Of a stretch of 64,000 bases of DNA, positions 31,604-42,759 are shown in pieces. The stretch comes from Nitrospirota bacterium. GTDB lineage: Bacteria; Nitrospirota; Thermodesulfovibrionia; Thermodesulfovibrionales; Dissulfurispiraceae. Where the stretch lies: contig CAWBMP010000004.1 in assembly GCA_963790025.1 (NCBI GenBank), forward strand, positions 512,001 to 576,000, given 5' to 3'. Position numbers and translations under genes: made by a program. Positions within the stretch are counted from its first letter, which is position 1; the number at the start of each line of letters is the position of its first letter. The notes under the pieces are model-generated. The model was not told the origin of the DNA. It made no database searches and saw only the letters and a list, made by a program, of their open reading frames with translations.

Positions 31604-33580
31604 TTATGGGAACATCTCTACATAAGGAACTTTTCTAAATTGCCATGTCTGCTTATCTTGATCGTAATTTGAATTGACGAAGCACTTCCAATCCTTGTCA
31701 TTGATGGCAAGGAAGTCGCCTCTGTAGTAGTATCCGGGATACCTTGATTCTTCCCTGAAGAGGATGTGGCGTGCATGGGCCTCAACAGAAAGAATTCTGT
31801 GGTAGTTCTCCCAGCATCTCATAAGCTCGTGGAGGTTGGCTGCGCCCATCTTCATCGCATCTTCCTTGAGAAGTGCGAGCTGTTTCAAACCCTCGTCCAG
31901 CATGGTTTTTGAGGTCATATACCAGGTGGAAATACCGCCAAAGTATTCGTCAGCGATCTTCTGCATCCTTGCCTGCAGCATTTTCGGCTTAATGTAGTAC
32001 GGGTTGATAAGAGGATCTGTCGAGAAGGTCTTATATTTCTCATAGATCTCGAACGGCAGATAAAGCTCTGCCGCAATTGCTTCAGCAGATTCCTTGACCT
32101 TCGGCTTATAATCCGGATGATCGAGAATGAACGCCAAGGCAGCTTTGGCAGCGATACGACCTTCGGCATGCGATCCGGAAGAGAATTTGTGGCCGGACGC
32201 TCCGACAACGTCACCGGCCATAAAAAGTCCGGGCACGGTGGACATTCTGTTGTATCCCCATGTGTAATTAGCGGGGCTGCCCGGTATGTCGCCGGGGCCG
32301 CTGCACCAGAATCCTGCACAGCCTGCGTGTGAACCGAGGAGATAAGGCTCGGTAGGCATGATTTCGGACGGCTCCTTGTCCGGCTCGACGTTTTTGGAGG
32401 CCCACAGGCCTGCCTGGCCGATACACATGTCAAGGAAGTCTTCCCATGCCTCTGCTTCGAGGTGCTTGATCCTCTTTGCGTCCATGGTCTTTGCAAGCTC
32501 TGCCATGGCCAGATGGGTCTGCATGAAGATCGGGCCTTTTCCGGCCTTCATATCACACATCATCATATGGTTTCTGATACAAGTGCCGAGTTTTTCAGCA
32601 TACGGGCTGTAAAGCTTCTTGGCATCTTCCATATTTGTCACGCAGTAGTCTTCGCCAAGGGCGTTGGTTGCCTTTGCCTTGAAGAAAAGGAACCATGCGC
32701 CAACCGGCCCGTATCCGTCCTTGAAACGGCCAGGAACGAACCTGTTTTCCATCATGGTAAGTTCCGCACCGGCCTGCATGCCGAGTGCAAATCCGGAACC
32801 GGAGTTCCATACAGGATACCACGCCCTGCCCTGACCTTCCTGGTTTGATCTCGGCCTGAAGACGTTGACCGCACCGCCGGAAGCATTGACCATTGCCTTT
32901 GCCTTGAAGAGATATATTTTATTTTCTCTTACGCTGAAGCCTGCGGCAGCAGCTACTCTTTTGGGATCATTGGCATCGTGATAAAGCTTTACAATAAATA
33001 CTCTCTCGTAAAGATTCTGCGGAACACCGGTTGCCAGCCGGTTGAATTCAAGGGCCTTTTTAGCAGCCTCTGCCACGACGACCTTGTAGGATTCGCCGTT
33101 GATCATGATCTGCCATTTTCCGGACCTCACCGGGGTGCCGCCGTCCTTCAACATCTTCTTGCCCTGGTCCTTTGCCTGGAAGCCGTCGAGTGAGAAACCG
33201 TCATCAGCTTTTTTCCAGATAGGGAGGCCCCACTCTTCGAAGAGATGAACGGAATCGTCAACGACTCTGCCAAGGTCATAAACAAGGTCTTCCCTGATGA
33301 TGCCCATCAGGTCGGCCCTTACATACTTGACATAGTCTGCAGGGTTATTCTCGCCGACATACGTATTAATAGCCGAAAGGCCCATTGCAACAGCGCCGCT
33401 TCTGTCAGTTGCAGCCTTGTCAACCATGGTAACTTTCAATCCTTTTGGTGTTGCCCAGCGCGCTGCCTCGTATGCCGCTCCGCAGCATGCCATACCGCCG
33501 CCGATGAGAAGGAGATCAGTATCGACCTCAACAATCTCAGGCCTCTGACAAAATGAAAACGTGCATGTTTCTTTTTCCAT
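31604..33580 (-). CDS. aprA: Adenylylsulfate reductase alpha subunit
   Basis: RSGAVAMGLSAINTY, WQIMINGESYK, GHKFSSGSHAEGR. Confidence 0.98.
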   Translation of the reverse strand: MEKETCTFSFCQRPEIVEVDTDLLLIGGGMACCGAAYEAARWATPKGLKVTMVDKAATDRSGAVAMGLSAINTYVGENNPADYVKYVRADLMGIIREDLVYDLGRVVDDSVHLFEEWGLPIWKKADDGFSLDGFQAKDQGKKMLKDGGTPVRSGKWQIMINGESYKVVVAEAAKKALEFNRLATGVPQNLYERVFIVKLYHDANDPKRVAAAAGFSVRENKIYLFKAKAMVNASGGAVNVFRPRSNQEGQGRAWYPVWNSGSGFALGMQAGAELTMMENRFVPGRFKDGYGPVGAWFLFFKAKATNALGEDYCVTNMEDAKKLYSPYAEKLGTCIRNHMMMCDMKAGKGPIFMQTHLAMAELAKTMDAKRIKHLEAEAWEDFLDMCIGQAGLWASKNVEPDKEPSEIMPTEPYLLGSHAGCAGFWCSGPGDIPGSPANYTWGYNRMSTVPGLFMAGDVVGASGHKFSSGSHAEGRIAAKAALAFILDHPDYKPKVKESAEAIAAELYLPFEIYEKYKTFSTDPLINPYYIKPKMLQARMQKIADEYFGGISTWYMTSKTMLDEGLKQLALLKEDAMKMGAANLHELMRCWENYHRILSVEAHARHILFREESRYPGYYYRGDFLAINDKDWKCFVNSNYDQDKQTWQFRKVPYVEMFP

Positions 33581-33593
33581 AGGTCATCCCTCC

Positions 33594-34010
33594 TTATTTT
33601 CTTGCTTCGTAATTGAAAAAGCCTGGCTGCTTTATCTTCGAGAAATCAGCTTCCGGCTTGCCTTTGTAAGGATCGACAGAGCCTTCCGGGGTAGTTCTGA
33701 TGGGGAATTTGAATCTCTTGAGGGAGCCGTTTCTGAATTTAATCGTCCACATAATGGAATCCGTACCTCTCATGGGGATAACATTACCGCCCAATGGACA
33801 GAAATCCTGATAGCCTCTTACCTCAATGGCCTGCTGGGGGCAAATTTTAACACAGTTGTAGCACTCCCAGCACTGTTCAGGCTCCTGATTGAACGCCTTC
33901 ATGATGTTCCTGTCGAGGGCCATGAGGTCGTTAGGACATATGTACTGACATGCGGTCTTGTCCTGGGCCTTGCAGCCGTCACACTTTTCCGTAATTACAT
34001 AACTCGGCAT
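33594..34010 (-). CDS. aprB: Adenylylsulfate reductase beta subunit
   Basis: CDGCK...CQYICP, CWECYNCVKICP, KRFKFPIRTT. Confidence 0.98.
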   Translation of the reverse strand: MPSYVITEKCDGCKAQDKTACQYICPNDLMALDRNIMKAFNQEPEQCWECYNCVKICPQQAIEVRGYQDFCPLGGNVIPMRGTDSIMWTIKFRNGSLKRFKFPIRTTPEGSVDPYKGKPEADFSKIKQPGFFNYEARK

Positions 34011-34191
34011 AACTATTACCTCCTTCGGTTTTTAGCTGATAAATTATAAATCACCTGCGTACTTGCGCCGCTAAAGCATGCTGCTTCTTGCTAATGCCTT
34101 GTGAGCACCCCCTTTCTTTTAAAGACAGGCGTAGGTCATAGGCGCCTGGCTTTCCTCCAGTGCCTATGACCCACAGCCCATTACCTTTTAA

Positions 34192-35400
34192 TTATTTTTT
34201 CTCCCCTTCCGCATATTTGTGGAGTTTTATCTCAACCTTCTCGGTAAGGCCCGCATAGTACTCTCTAAGGATGGCTAGAACTTCCGGACGGCTGAATTTG
34301 TGTGTAACCTCTTCGCCTTCCGAAAGCATCTTTCTCAGCTTTGTGCCGCTAAGAAGTATCCGGTCATCTTTTCCATGCGGACAGGTCTTCATCGAGGCCA
34401 TCCCTTCGCACTTATCGCAGTAGAAGGTCCAGTCGATGTTAAGCGGTTTGGTTTCGAGTGCATCCTTCGGAATCTCTTCGAATATCTTCTGAGCATCGAA
34501 CGGACCGTAATACTCGCCCACGCCTGCATGGTCGCGGCCTACTATCAGATGACTGCAGCCGTAGTTCTGCCTGAAGACTGCGTGCAGCAGGGCTTCTCTG
34601 GGGCCTGCGTAGCGCATATCGAGCGGATAGCCGCCTACCATTACAGTGTTCTTCACGAAATACTTTTCGACGAGCACGTCAATACATTTCTGGCGGACAT
34701 CCGACGGAATATCCCCGGGTTTTAGCTTGCCGAGAAGCATGTGTATGTAAACGCCATCGCACACTTCGACGGCGATCTTCGCGAGAAACTCATGTGAACG
34801 GTGCATCGGGTTTCTTGTCTGGAATGCTGCAACCCTGCTCCAATTATTCGCTTCAAACGCCTTTCTGGTTTCAGCAGGTCTCTGATATAATTCAGGGTAT
34901 TCTTTCGGGAAACTCCCCTCGCTGATCACCTTCACCGGTCCGGCGAGGTTGGTACCGGCCTGTTGCATGACCATTTTTACGCCGGGATGCTCGTTATCGG
35001 TGGTCCTAAATACTTGCTTGCACTCGTATTCCTTGTCAATCTTGTATACCTCGGTGACCTTCATGGTAGCCATGATTTCGCCGAACTCCTCCGAATAAAG
35101 AGCGATTTCGTCGCCGGCTTTCACCGCCTCATTGGTGGAAACGGTGATTGGAATAGGCCAGAATGTGCCGTCGGCCATCTTGTATTCCGCGCAGACGCCT
35201 TTCCAGTCCTTTTCACCCATAAAACCGGTAAGGGGTGTAAAACCGCCGATACCCATCATAATCAGGTCACCGGTTTCACGCGAAGATATATTGACCTTCT
35301 TGAGCCCCGCAGCTCTTTTTTTCTCAGCCTCCAGCTCTTTGCCGGCAAGGAGAAGCGGTTTTAATTTTTTCTCTTTTCCATGCGGATTTACTAATGCCAT
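34192..35400 (-). CDS. sat: Sulfate adenylyltransferase
   Basis: [30 protein letters not shown]. Confidence 0.98.
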   Translation of the reverse strand: MALVNPHGKEKKLKPLLLAGKELEAEKKRAAGLKKVNISSRETGDLIMMGIGGFTPLTGFMGEKDWKGVCAEYKMADGTFWPIPITVSTNEAVKAGDEIALYSEEFGEIMATMKVTEVYKIDKEYECKQVFRTTDNEHPGVKMVMQQAGTNLAGPVKVISEGSFPKEYPELYQRPAETRKAFEANNWSRVAAFQTRNPMHRSHEFLAKIAVEVCDGVYIHMLLGKLKPGDIPSDVRQKCIDVLVEKYFVKNTVMVGGYPLDMRYAGPREALLHAVFRQNYGCSHLIVGRDHAGVGEYYGPFDAQKIFEEIPKDALETKPLNIDWTFYCDKCEGMASMKTCPHGKDDRILLSGTKLRKMLSEGEEVTHKFSRPEVLAILREYYAGLTEKVEIKLHKYAEGEKK

Positions 35401-35458
35401 GCTATTTCCTCCTGTTTAGTGGTTTATATACTTCAAGAGCAAACTAAAAAGTGATCCT

Positions 35459-36106
35459 TTATTTTAATCCCAGGGCCCCGCATACCTTTCCGAATATGTC
35501 ATCAATACTCCCGGTCCCGGAAACCGACTTCAAAATACCCTTCTTTCCATAATAGTCAATCAATGGCGCCGTCTGCGCATTATAGACCTCGAGTCTCTTC
35601 TTGATAGTCTCCTCTTTGTCATCATCGCGCTGGAAAAGCTGGCCCCCACACTTATCGCAGGCACCATCTTTTGACGGACGATTAAAATAGATGTTGTACA
35701 TCTGACCGCATGCCTTGCAGGTCCTTCTGCCGGTTAGCCTTTTCATGAGGTCCTCGAATGGGACATCGACACTGAGTGCAGCGGTAAGCGACATGCCCAA
35801 AGAGGAGAGCATTTTATCCAGTGCCTCCGCCTGCTTGGTATTCCTCGGGAAACCGTCCAGTATATACCCTTTTTTGCAATCGTCCTGCTTCAGCCTCTCC
35901 TCCACCATCCCCAGTACGACGCTGTCGGGAACGAGTTCGCCTTTATCCATATATGACTTCGCTTCTTTGCCGAGGGCACTGCCCGCCCCTACGGCAGCTC
36001 TCAAAAGATCACCAGTTGAAATCTGGGGCATTGGATACTTGTCAATGATTTTTTTTGCCTGGGTGCCCTTGCCTGCTCCAGGAGCGCCGAGAAGAACTAT
36101 TCTCAT
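35459..36106 (-). CDS. adk: Adenylate kinase (Zn-lid)
   Basis: GAPGAGKGTQ, LDGFPR, CxxC...CxxC lid. Confidence 0.98.
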   Translation of the reverse strand: MRIVLLGAPGAGKGTQAKKIIDKYPMPQISTGDLLRAAVGAGSALGKEAKSYMDKGELVPDSVVLGMVEERLKQDDCKKGYILDGFPRNTKQAEALDKMLSSLGMSLTAALSVDVPFEDLMKRLTGRRTCKACGQMYNIYFNRPSKDGACDKCGGQLFQRDDDKEETIKKRLEVYNAQTAPLIDYYGKKGILKSVSGTGSIDDIFGKVCGALGLK

Positions 36107-36277
36107 GGGAGAACCTCCGATTTAAATTAGATTAACAATATAAGGTACTCATTGGGCCTATTTAAAGCAATTTTAAAATTATAATCGTTGCATTAAAATT
36201 CTTTATAAACAATATAGATATTTCTTAATTTTTTTATTTTTATTAGAGACTATTTTAAAAGTTTAGGTAAAATAACC

Positions 36278-36871
36278 TTATAAAACAAGGTGCTCTAGAT
36301 AACACTTCAGTTGTTCCAGCGCTTTTTTTCTATGGCTGAGAACATCTTTTTCCTCGGGCAGCATCTCGGCAAACGTTTTTGAGTGTCCCCGCGGATAGAA
36401 TAAAGGATCATATCCAAAGCCCGATCTCCCGCGTAAATGATGACCGATAGCACCTTCGGAAAAACCTGTAAACGTCCTGATCATGCCATTAGGCAGCGCA
36501 AAAGCAATACAGCAGACAAAACGTCCTCCCCTCCTGTCATCCGGAAGGTGCTTCATTGCTTCAAGTATCTTCTCATTATTGGCCCTGTCGTCTGCATCAG
36601 GTCCGGCATAGCGGGCCGACAAGACACCCGGCGCATTATCCAACTCATATACTTCGAGGCCGGAGTCATCGGCAACTGCAGCTTTGCCTGTGCAGCGTGC
36701 TATCGTTAATGCCTTCTTGGCAGCATTGCCTTCAAAGGTGCCTGCATCCTCCTCCACTTCAGGACACAAAGGAAAGTCATTCAGAGTAAGAAAAACGATA
36801 CCTTCACCTTTAATGATCCTGGTTATTTCTTCAACTTTTTTCTTGTTTCTTGTAGCAAGCACAATCTCCAC
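36278..36871 (-). CDS. rdgB: Non-canonical purine NTP pyrophosphatase
   Basis: ADDSGLEV, PGVLSARY, GFGYDPLF, SHR. Confidence 0.95.
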   Translation of the reverse strand: MEIVLATRNKKKVEEITRIIKGEGIVFLTLNDFPLCPEVEEDAGTFEGNAAKKALTIARCTGKAAVADDSGLEVYELDNAPGVLSARYAGPDADDRANNEKILEAMKHLPDDRRGGRFVCCIAFALPNGMIRTFTGFSEGAIGHHLRGRSGFGYDPLFYPRGHSKTFAEMLPEEKDVLSHRKKALEQLKCYLEHLVL

Positions 36872-36916
36872 AATGCAGAAAATAGCATAAAAAGCAGGCT
36901 AAAGGCAAAGAGAACG

Positions 36917-36973
36917 AGGTCAGAGGTTGGAGGTCTGAGGAGGGAGGCGCCTCTGACCTCCAACCTCTGACCT
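36917..36973. repeat. Heptamer-repeat hairpin (23/24-bp inverted repeat)
   Basis: AGGTCAGAGGTTGGAGGTCTGAGG ... CCTCTGACCTCCAACCTCTGACCT. Confidence 0.8.
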
Positions 36974-37082
36974 GTAGTCCGTCTCTTTACAGCACACGTG
37001 GTGATATGCTAACCTTTTAACATTAAATATTATTCTGTAACGGCATAACGGTTAACTGAATAAACAGAAAGGTGGTGATTTA

Positions 37083-37355
37083 ATGTCACTGGATACAGAA
37101 AAGAAAAAGGAACTTATCGACTCCTTTAAAGTTCATGATCACGATACCGGGTCCCCGGAAGTGCAGATAGCGCTTCTGACGGAAAGGATTGTCTATCTCA
37201 CAGAGCATTTCAAGACTCATGCGAAGGACCATCATTCGAGACGTGGGCTTTTAAAGCTTGTCGCGCAAAGAAAAAAACTTCTCAATTATCTTAAAACTAC
37301 CGATAAAATCCGCCATGACAAGGTAATAGAACGCCTCGGACTCAGAAGTAAATAA
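37083..37355 (+). CDS. rpsO: 30S ribosomal protein S15
   Basis: [26 protein letters not shown]. Confidence 0.98.
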   Translation: MSLDTEKKKELIDSFKVHDHDTGSPEVQIALLTERIVYLTEHFKTHAKDHHSRRGLLKLVAQRKKLLNYLKTTDKIRHDKVIERLGLRSK

Positions 37356-37402
37356 TAAGCCGCAGACCGCTGAAATTCAAATTAAGGAGACTGAAAAAAA
37401 CT

Positions 37403-39520
37403 TTGGTTACTAATTTAGAGCTTGAGATTAGAGGAAAACGCCTGATTCTGGAAACAGGGCTTATGGCAAAACAATCAGGTGGGGCTGTGGTCCTGAAATA
37501 TGGAGATACCGTAGTCCTTGCCACGGCAGTTGCAGACAAGAGAGTAAAAGAGGGTCTCGATTTCTTTCCCCTCACCATCGATTATCAGGAAAAAACCTAC
37601 TCGGCCGGAAAAATACCGGGAGGCTTTTTCAAGAGAGAGGGGAAACCTTCTGAAAAAGAAGTCCTCACCTCCCGCTTCATCGACCGCCCCATGAGACCTC
37701 TGTTCCCAAAGGGGTTTTATTCCGAAACACAGGGGATCATTTCGGTATTGTCTTACGGAGACGAAAATATTTCGGATATTCTGGGAATAATAGGGATGTC
37801 CGCTGCCACTCATATATCGGATGTCCCGTTTAACGGTCCCGTGGGCGCAGTGCGCATCGGGAGGCTCGAAGGTACGCTTATTGTCAACCCGGACCTCTCT
37901 GAACTTGAAGGGCTCGACCTTAATCTGGTGGTGGCTGGGACCGCGGACGCTGTAATAATGGTTGAAGGGGGCGGCTCTGAAGTTTCAGAGGCTACCTTGC
38001 TCGAGGCAATTGCTTTTGCACATGAGGAAATCAAGAGAATTGTGGCCGTCCAGAACGAACTTCAAAAACTGGTCGGAAAAACAAAGAGGGCGTTTGCTCC
38101 TGTTAAAGATCCGGTTGAGATCAGGCAGGAAGTCAGGACGCATGTCGCTGCTAAATTAATCGAGGCTATAAGAATACCGGGCAAGCACGTCAGACAAGAG
38201 GCGCTTAACCTGATACTTGAAGATACCATTAAGCAGTTGAACACTCCTGAAAAAGCCGAAAAGTTATTCGGCAATTCGCAAAAGGACCTGACCAGGGACA
38301 TCGCCAATATTTTCGACGATTACGAAAAGGAAATCGTCAGGAATATGATACTCGATGAAAAGGTGCGGGCAGACAACAGGAGGCCTGACGAGATAAGGCA
38401 AATTTCATGCACTTTAGGCTTTTTACCAAGAACGCACGGCTCTGCACTTTTTACCAGGGGCGAAACTCAAGCCCTTGTGGCAACGACCCTAGGCACTGCA
38501 GATGATGAGCAGAAAATAGATTCACTCGAAGGGGAAATGTATAAGACCTTTATGTTGCACTACAATTTCCCCCCCTTTAGCGTGGGCGAGGTGAAACCGC
38601 TTCGTTCGCCCGGAAGAAGAGAAATAGGTCACGGTGCGCTGGCGGAACGCGCTCTGAAATACGTGCTTCCCTCAAAAGATATCTTTCCCTACACCATCAG
38701 GGTGGTTTCCGACATTCTCGAATCCAACGGTTCTTCCTCGATGGCAACGGTTTGCGGTGCAACTCTCTCGCTGATGGACGCCGGCGTTCCAATAACCGCA
38801 CCGGTTGCAGGCATTGCTATGGGGCTCGTTAAAGAAGGAGACCGGGTCGTGATTCTGACCGACATCCTTGGACTGGAAGACCATCTTGGTGATATGGATT
38901 TCAAGGTGGCCGGCACTGAAAATGGTATCACGGCCTTTCAAATGGATGTCAAGATCGGCGGTGTAAGCCAGAATATTCTCCAGAACGCCCTTGAGCAGGC
39001 CCGCATCGGGAGGCTGCATATACTCGGGAAAATGAAAGAGGCAATGCCCTCCCCCCGTACGGACCTTTCGCCCCATGCGCCGCGCATATACACCATGCAG
39101 ATACGGCAGGAGAAAATACGTGACGTGATCGGATCAGGCGGAAAGGTGATCCGGGGCATCATAGAGCAGACAGGAGTTAAAATAGACATCAATGATGCTG
39201 GCATCATCAATATAGCGTCCTCCGACGAGGTATCGGCACAAAAGGCGATAGATATCATCAACGGCATTATAGCCGAAGCTGAGCTGCATAAAATATACAC
39301 GGGAAAGGTTGTCAGAATAACCGATTTCGGTGCCTTTGTGGAAATACTTCCGGGGATGGACGGGCTTCTGCACATATCGCAAATATCCGATAAGCGCATT
39401 GCAAAAGTCACCGATGAACTTAATGTGGGCGATGAAGTACTGGTCAAAGTAATTGAGATAGATAATCAGGGGAGGGTCAGGCTAAGCAGGAAAGAAGCAA
39501 TGAAGGAACAAAAAGGGTAA
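37403..39520 (+). CDS. pnp: Polyribonucleotide nucleotidyltransferase
   Basis: RREIGHG, ESNGSSSMA, DHLGDMDFKVAG, KH and S1 domains. Confidence 0.98.
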   Translation: MVTNLELEIRGKRLILETGLMAKQSGGAVVLKYGDTVVLATAVADKRVKEGLDFFPLTIDYQEKTYSAGKIPGGFFKREGKPSEKEVLTSRFIDRPMRPLFPKGFYSETQGIISVLSYGDENISDILGIIGMSAATHISDVPFNGPVGAVRIGRLEGTLIVNPDLSELEGLDLNLVVAGTADAVIMVEGGGSEVSEATLLEAIAFAHEEIKRIVAVQNELQKLVGKTKRAFAPVKDPVEIRQEVRTHVAAKLIEAIRIPGKHVRQEALNLILEDTIKQLNTPEKAEKLFGNSQKDLTRDIANIFDDYEKEIVRNMILDEKVRADNRRPDEIRQISCTLGFLPRTHGSALFTRGETQALVATTLGTADDEQKIDSLEGEMYKTFMLHYNFPPFSVGEVKPLRSPGRREIGHGALAERALKYVLPSKDIFPYTIRVVSDILESNGSSSMATVCGATLSLMDAGVPITAPVAGIAMGLVKEGDRVVILTDILGLEDHLGDMDFKVAGTENGITAFQMDVKIGGVSQNILQNALEQARIGRLHILGKMKEAMPSPRTDLSPHAPRIYTMQIRQEKIRDVIGSGGKVIRGIIEQTGVKIDINDAGIINIASSDEVSAQKAIDIINGIIAEAELHKIYTGKVVRITDFGAFVEILPGMDGLLHISQISDKRIAKVTDELNVGDEVLVKVIEIDNQGRVRLSRKEAMKEQKG

Positions 39521-39640
39521 ATGAGAAAATGAGTAAATGGGTTAATTGGTTATATGGGTTAATAGGTTAGTGGGTTGATGGGTGCTTTCACTTATTTTCT
39601 CTTTCACTCATACACTCATCTACTCATAAACTCATAGACC
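39519..39640. repeat. Degenerate octamer repeat tract with inverted halves
   Basis: (ATGAGTAA/ATGGGTTA)-like units followed by (ACTCAT..)-like units. Confidence 0.7.
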
Positions 39641-39646
39641 ATTACT

Positions 39647-40930
39647 ATGTTTACAAAACGATATCTCGACAACGGTATTCCAGTGGTAATGGAGCAGTTG
39701 AAAAACTACCGCTCCGTTATACTCGGCATTTGGGTCAAGGTCGGCTCCCGCAATGAGACCCTTGATAAGAACGGCATATCCCACTTTCTCGAACATATGT
39801 TCTTTAAAGGAACAAAAAAACGCTCGGCAACCGATATTGCCGTTGATATCGACTCGCTGGGAGGAGACCTCAACGCCTTCACCTCGAGGGAAAACACCGT
39901 ATTCTATGTAAAAGTCCTTGATGAGTATATCGACAAGGGCATTGAATTACTAAGTGATATTTTTCTTCACTCCACTTTTGCAGAAGAAGAGATAGAGAAG
40001 GAAAAAGGAGTTATAAAAGAAGAGATCAAGCTTGTTGAAGATACACCGGACGATTATATCCACGACCTTTTCAGCCAGACTGTATGGGGCGATACGGGGC
40101 TCGGACAGCCCGTACTGGGGCGGCGCGATACCATAAAGTCATTTACCCGCGAAGACCTGACCTCTCATGTAAGAAGGTACTATGGCACCTCCGACACCGT
40201 AGTGTCCTGCGCCGGAAATTTTAACCCCGATACCGTGGTGGGCCTCCTCAACCACTATTTCGGCTCACTGAGGAGGGGCTCCGAACCGGAGTTGTTTTCA
40301 CCGCCCTTCTTTAAAACCGAGGTCGCAGTCTTCCCAAAAGACCTGTCGGAAACACATATTTGCGCCGGCGTGGAAGCGCTGCCCTTTGCCAGCGAGGACC
40401 GCTACGCTATCAGTATCCTGAATACCATTCTCGGTTCCAGTGTCAGTTCGCGGCTCTTCCAGGAGATTCGCGAGAAATTGGGGTTTGCCTATTCCATTTA
40501 TTCCTTCTCATCGTCTTATATTGACACCGGCTTTTGGGCAGTGTATGCCGGTACCGGCAGAAAAAAAACGCTGACCGTCACCGAGCTCATTATCAAAGAA
40601 ATGAAAGGGCTGTACTCGTCGATCACCGACATAGAGTTGAGACGTGCAAAGGACCAACTGAAAGGAAATATTGTGCTCGGCCTGGAGTCGACGAGCAACA
40701 GGATGCAGAGCATTGCCCGCCAGGAAATATATTTCGGCAGGAATTTCAGCCAGAGCGAGATCATGAAAAGCATAGAAGCGGTAACTGCAGATAAGGTAAA
40801 GGACCTGTCGTACCGGCTCATCAATAACAGTAATATGTGTCTGACAGTCCTTGGCCGCGTAAAAGAGGAGGAGTTTAAAAACATTATAGCCTGCAGCGAT
40901 GGACGCCGCTGCATCCAGGAGGGCCTGTAG
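39647..40930 (+). CDS. M16 family zinc peptidase
   Basis: HFLEH inverted zincin motif, NAFT. Confidence 0.93.
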   Translation: MFTKRYLDNGIPVVMEQLKNYRSVILGIWVKVGSRNETLDKNGISHFLEHMFFKGTKKRSATDIAVDIDSLGGDLNAFTSRENTVFYVKVLDEYIDKGIELLSDIFLHSTFAEEEIEKEKGVIKEEIKLVEDTPDDYIHDLFSQTVWGDTGLGQPVLGRRDTIKSFTREDLTSHVRRYYGTSDTVVSCAGNFNPDTVVGLLNHYFGSLRRGSEPELFSPPFFKTEVAVFPKDLSETHICAGVEALPFASEDRYAISILNTILGSSVSSRLFQEIREKLGFAYSIYSFSSSYIDTGFWAVYAGTGRKKTLTVTELIIKEMKGLYSSITDIELRRAKDQLKGNIVLGLESTSNRMQSIARQEIYFGRNFSQSEIMKSIEAVTADKVKDLSYRLINNSNMCLTVLGRVKEEEFKNIIACSDGRRCIQEGL

Positions 40931-40959
40931 CAATAATGCCGCGGCATTGAACACAGGAC

Positions 40960-42666
40960 ATGCTGAAAGAATTAGGGATCAAAAACTTTACCATTATTGA
41001 CAACCTTTCTATCGCTTTTGAACCCGGTCTTAACATCCTCACAGGTGAAACCGGCGCAGGCAAATCCATTATTGTAGATGCACTCGGTCTCCTTCTCGGG
41101 GACAGGGCCTCACAGGACATGATCAAAACAGGCCGGAAGGAGGCGCATATAGAAGCCTTCTTCGACAACACCGGCAGCCAACTGCTTCAAGAGCTATCCA
41201 TCGACAGCGATGGGGGCATTATCCTGCGGAGGACTATCGCCGCACAAGGCAAAGGAAGGACTTACATAAATGATACTCCGGTCAGTATGCAGACGCTTTC
41301 CTCCGTTTGCAGGGACCTCATCGATATCCACGGCCAGCATGAACATCAGGGGCTGATGAAAAGAGACAGCCACATGCAGTTCCTTGATACTTACGGCAAC
41401 CTTTCCGGCCCTTCCCTGTTGGTTCAATCAATGTTTACCGAGATCGCCAGCTTGAGGAATACTATAACGGTGATGAAAGACAGGATTCGGGAACGGGCCC
41501 AGCGGATAGAATTCCTCAGATTCCAGATTGGTGAAATAGATGCAGCTTTATTGAAAGAAGGCGAAAAAAAACTCATAGAAGAGGAGCGGTCCATCCTGCT
41601 CAATCTCAGTAAACTGAAAGAATCCTCCGAAACCGCGTACCTGCTGTTATACGATGCCGAAGGCTCCACCCTGGAAAAACTCGCCTCGGTAGCGGCTAAA
41701 ATACGGGACATCGCACAGATAGACCGAGATGCCGGCGACATCCTCAAGAACCTTGAGTCTGCGGTACCGCTGATCGAGGATGCAGCCCTTCTCCTCAGAA
41801 GCCTTAAAGAAAAATACGACATAGATCCGCTCAAACTCGGTGAACTCGACGAACGGCTGGAAGTGATAAAACGGCTCGAAAAAAAATACGGCGAGGGTGA
41901 AAAAGGCATCCTGGATTACAGAGACAAGGCGTCGGAAGAACTCGAAGGGCTGGAACGTATAGAAGAACAGCTGGAAGGCCTCGAATCCTCTCTCGCATCA
42001 AAACAGGAAACTCTGACATCAGCTGGTGAAGACTTGTCTAAAAAACGGTATGCCGCAGCACAAAAATTAGAGCCGGTGATTATAGACGAATTGAAGGAAC
42101 TGGGATTTCAAAAAGCAGTGTTCGTTATTGATATGAAAAAAAGAGAGACCATTGCTTCCTGCGGCATGGATGACGTAGAGTTCCTCTTCTCGGCAAACCC
42201 CGGAGAAGCACCCAAATCCCTCATTAAAGTGGCTTCCGGCGGAGAACTGTCAAGAATCATGCTTGCTCTTAAATGTGTCGGAATAAAAAGCGAGAAATCC
42301 CAACAGCTCAGCTTCGAAGGACCGCCGCCCTCAAAAGCAACAGAATCTCATATGCGCACACTCATCTTTGACGAGGTCGATGCAGGTATTGGTGGTGTAA
42401 CAGCACAGCACGTCGGCAAAAGACTCAAAGACCTGGCAGGAAGCAACCAGGTGCTTTGCATCACTCACCTTCCGCAGATCGCGGCACTTGCAGACCACCA
42501 CCTGAAAGTCGAAAAGACCCTCGATGACAGCAAAGCTGTGGTAAGCGTGGCCGCGTTGTCAGGCAAAGAGCGGCAAAATGAGATAGCTCGAATGCTCAGC
42601 GGCAGGATTACAGAGGGGTCGATAAAACACGCAGGAGAACTCCTCGGCGTTGACAAAGGCAAATAA
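40960..42666 (+). CDS. recN: DNA repair protein RecN
   Basis: GETGAGKS, HGQH, ASGGELSR, FDEVDAG, THLPQIA. Confidence 0.97.
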   Translation: MLKELGIKNFTIIDNLSIAFEPGLNILTGETGAGKSIIVDALGLLLGDRASQDMIKTGRKEAHIEAFFDNTGSQLLQELSIDSDGGIILRRTIAAQGKGRTYINDTPVSMQTLSSVCRDLIDIHGQHEHQGLMKRDSHMQFLDTYGNLSGPSLLVQSMFTEIASLRNTITVMKDRIRERAQRIEFLRFQIGEIDAALLKEGEKKLIEEERSILLNLSKLKESSETAYLLLYDAEGSTLEKLASVAAKIRDIAQIDRDAGDILKNLESAVPLIEDAALLLRSLKEKYDIDPLKLGELDERLEVIKRLEKKYGEGEKGILDYRDKASEELEGLERIEEQLEGLESSLASKQETLTSAGEDLSKKRYAAAQKLEPVIIDELKELGFQKAVFVIDMKKRETIASCGMDDVEFLFSANPGEAPKSLIKVASGGELSRIMLALKCVGIKSEKSQQLSFEGPPPSKATESHMRTLIFDEVDAGIGGVTAQHVGKRLKDLAGSNQVLCITHLPQIAALADHHLKVEKTLDDSKAVVSVAALSGKERQNEIARMLSGRITEGSIKHAGELLGVDKGK

Positions 42667-42759
42667 ACACACTCCTGCCAAAAGACCCAATCGCACGTGA
42701 CTTTACGTTAGTGGGTCAGTTTGTTTTTGATATGAGATCAAATAGGTAATACCAAATAT

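Noticed and set aside
36107..36277. Rex operator upstream of adk-sat
   Set aside because: AT-rich, but no TTGTGAA-N4-TTCACAA-like palindrome found
37034..37082. S15 autoregulatory leader
   Set aside because: Only a short TTCTGT/ACAGAA stem; insufficient without a covariance model
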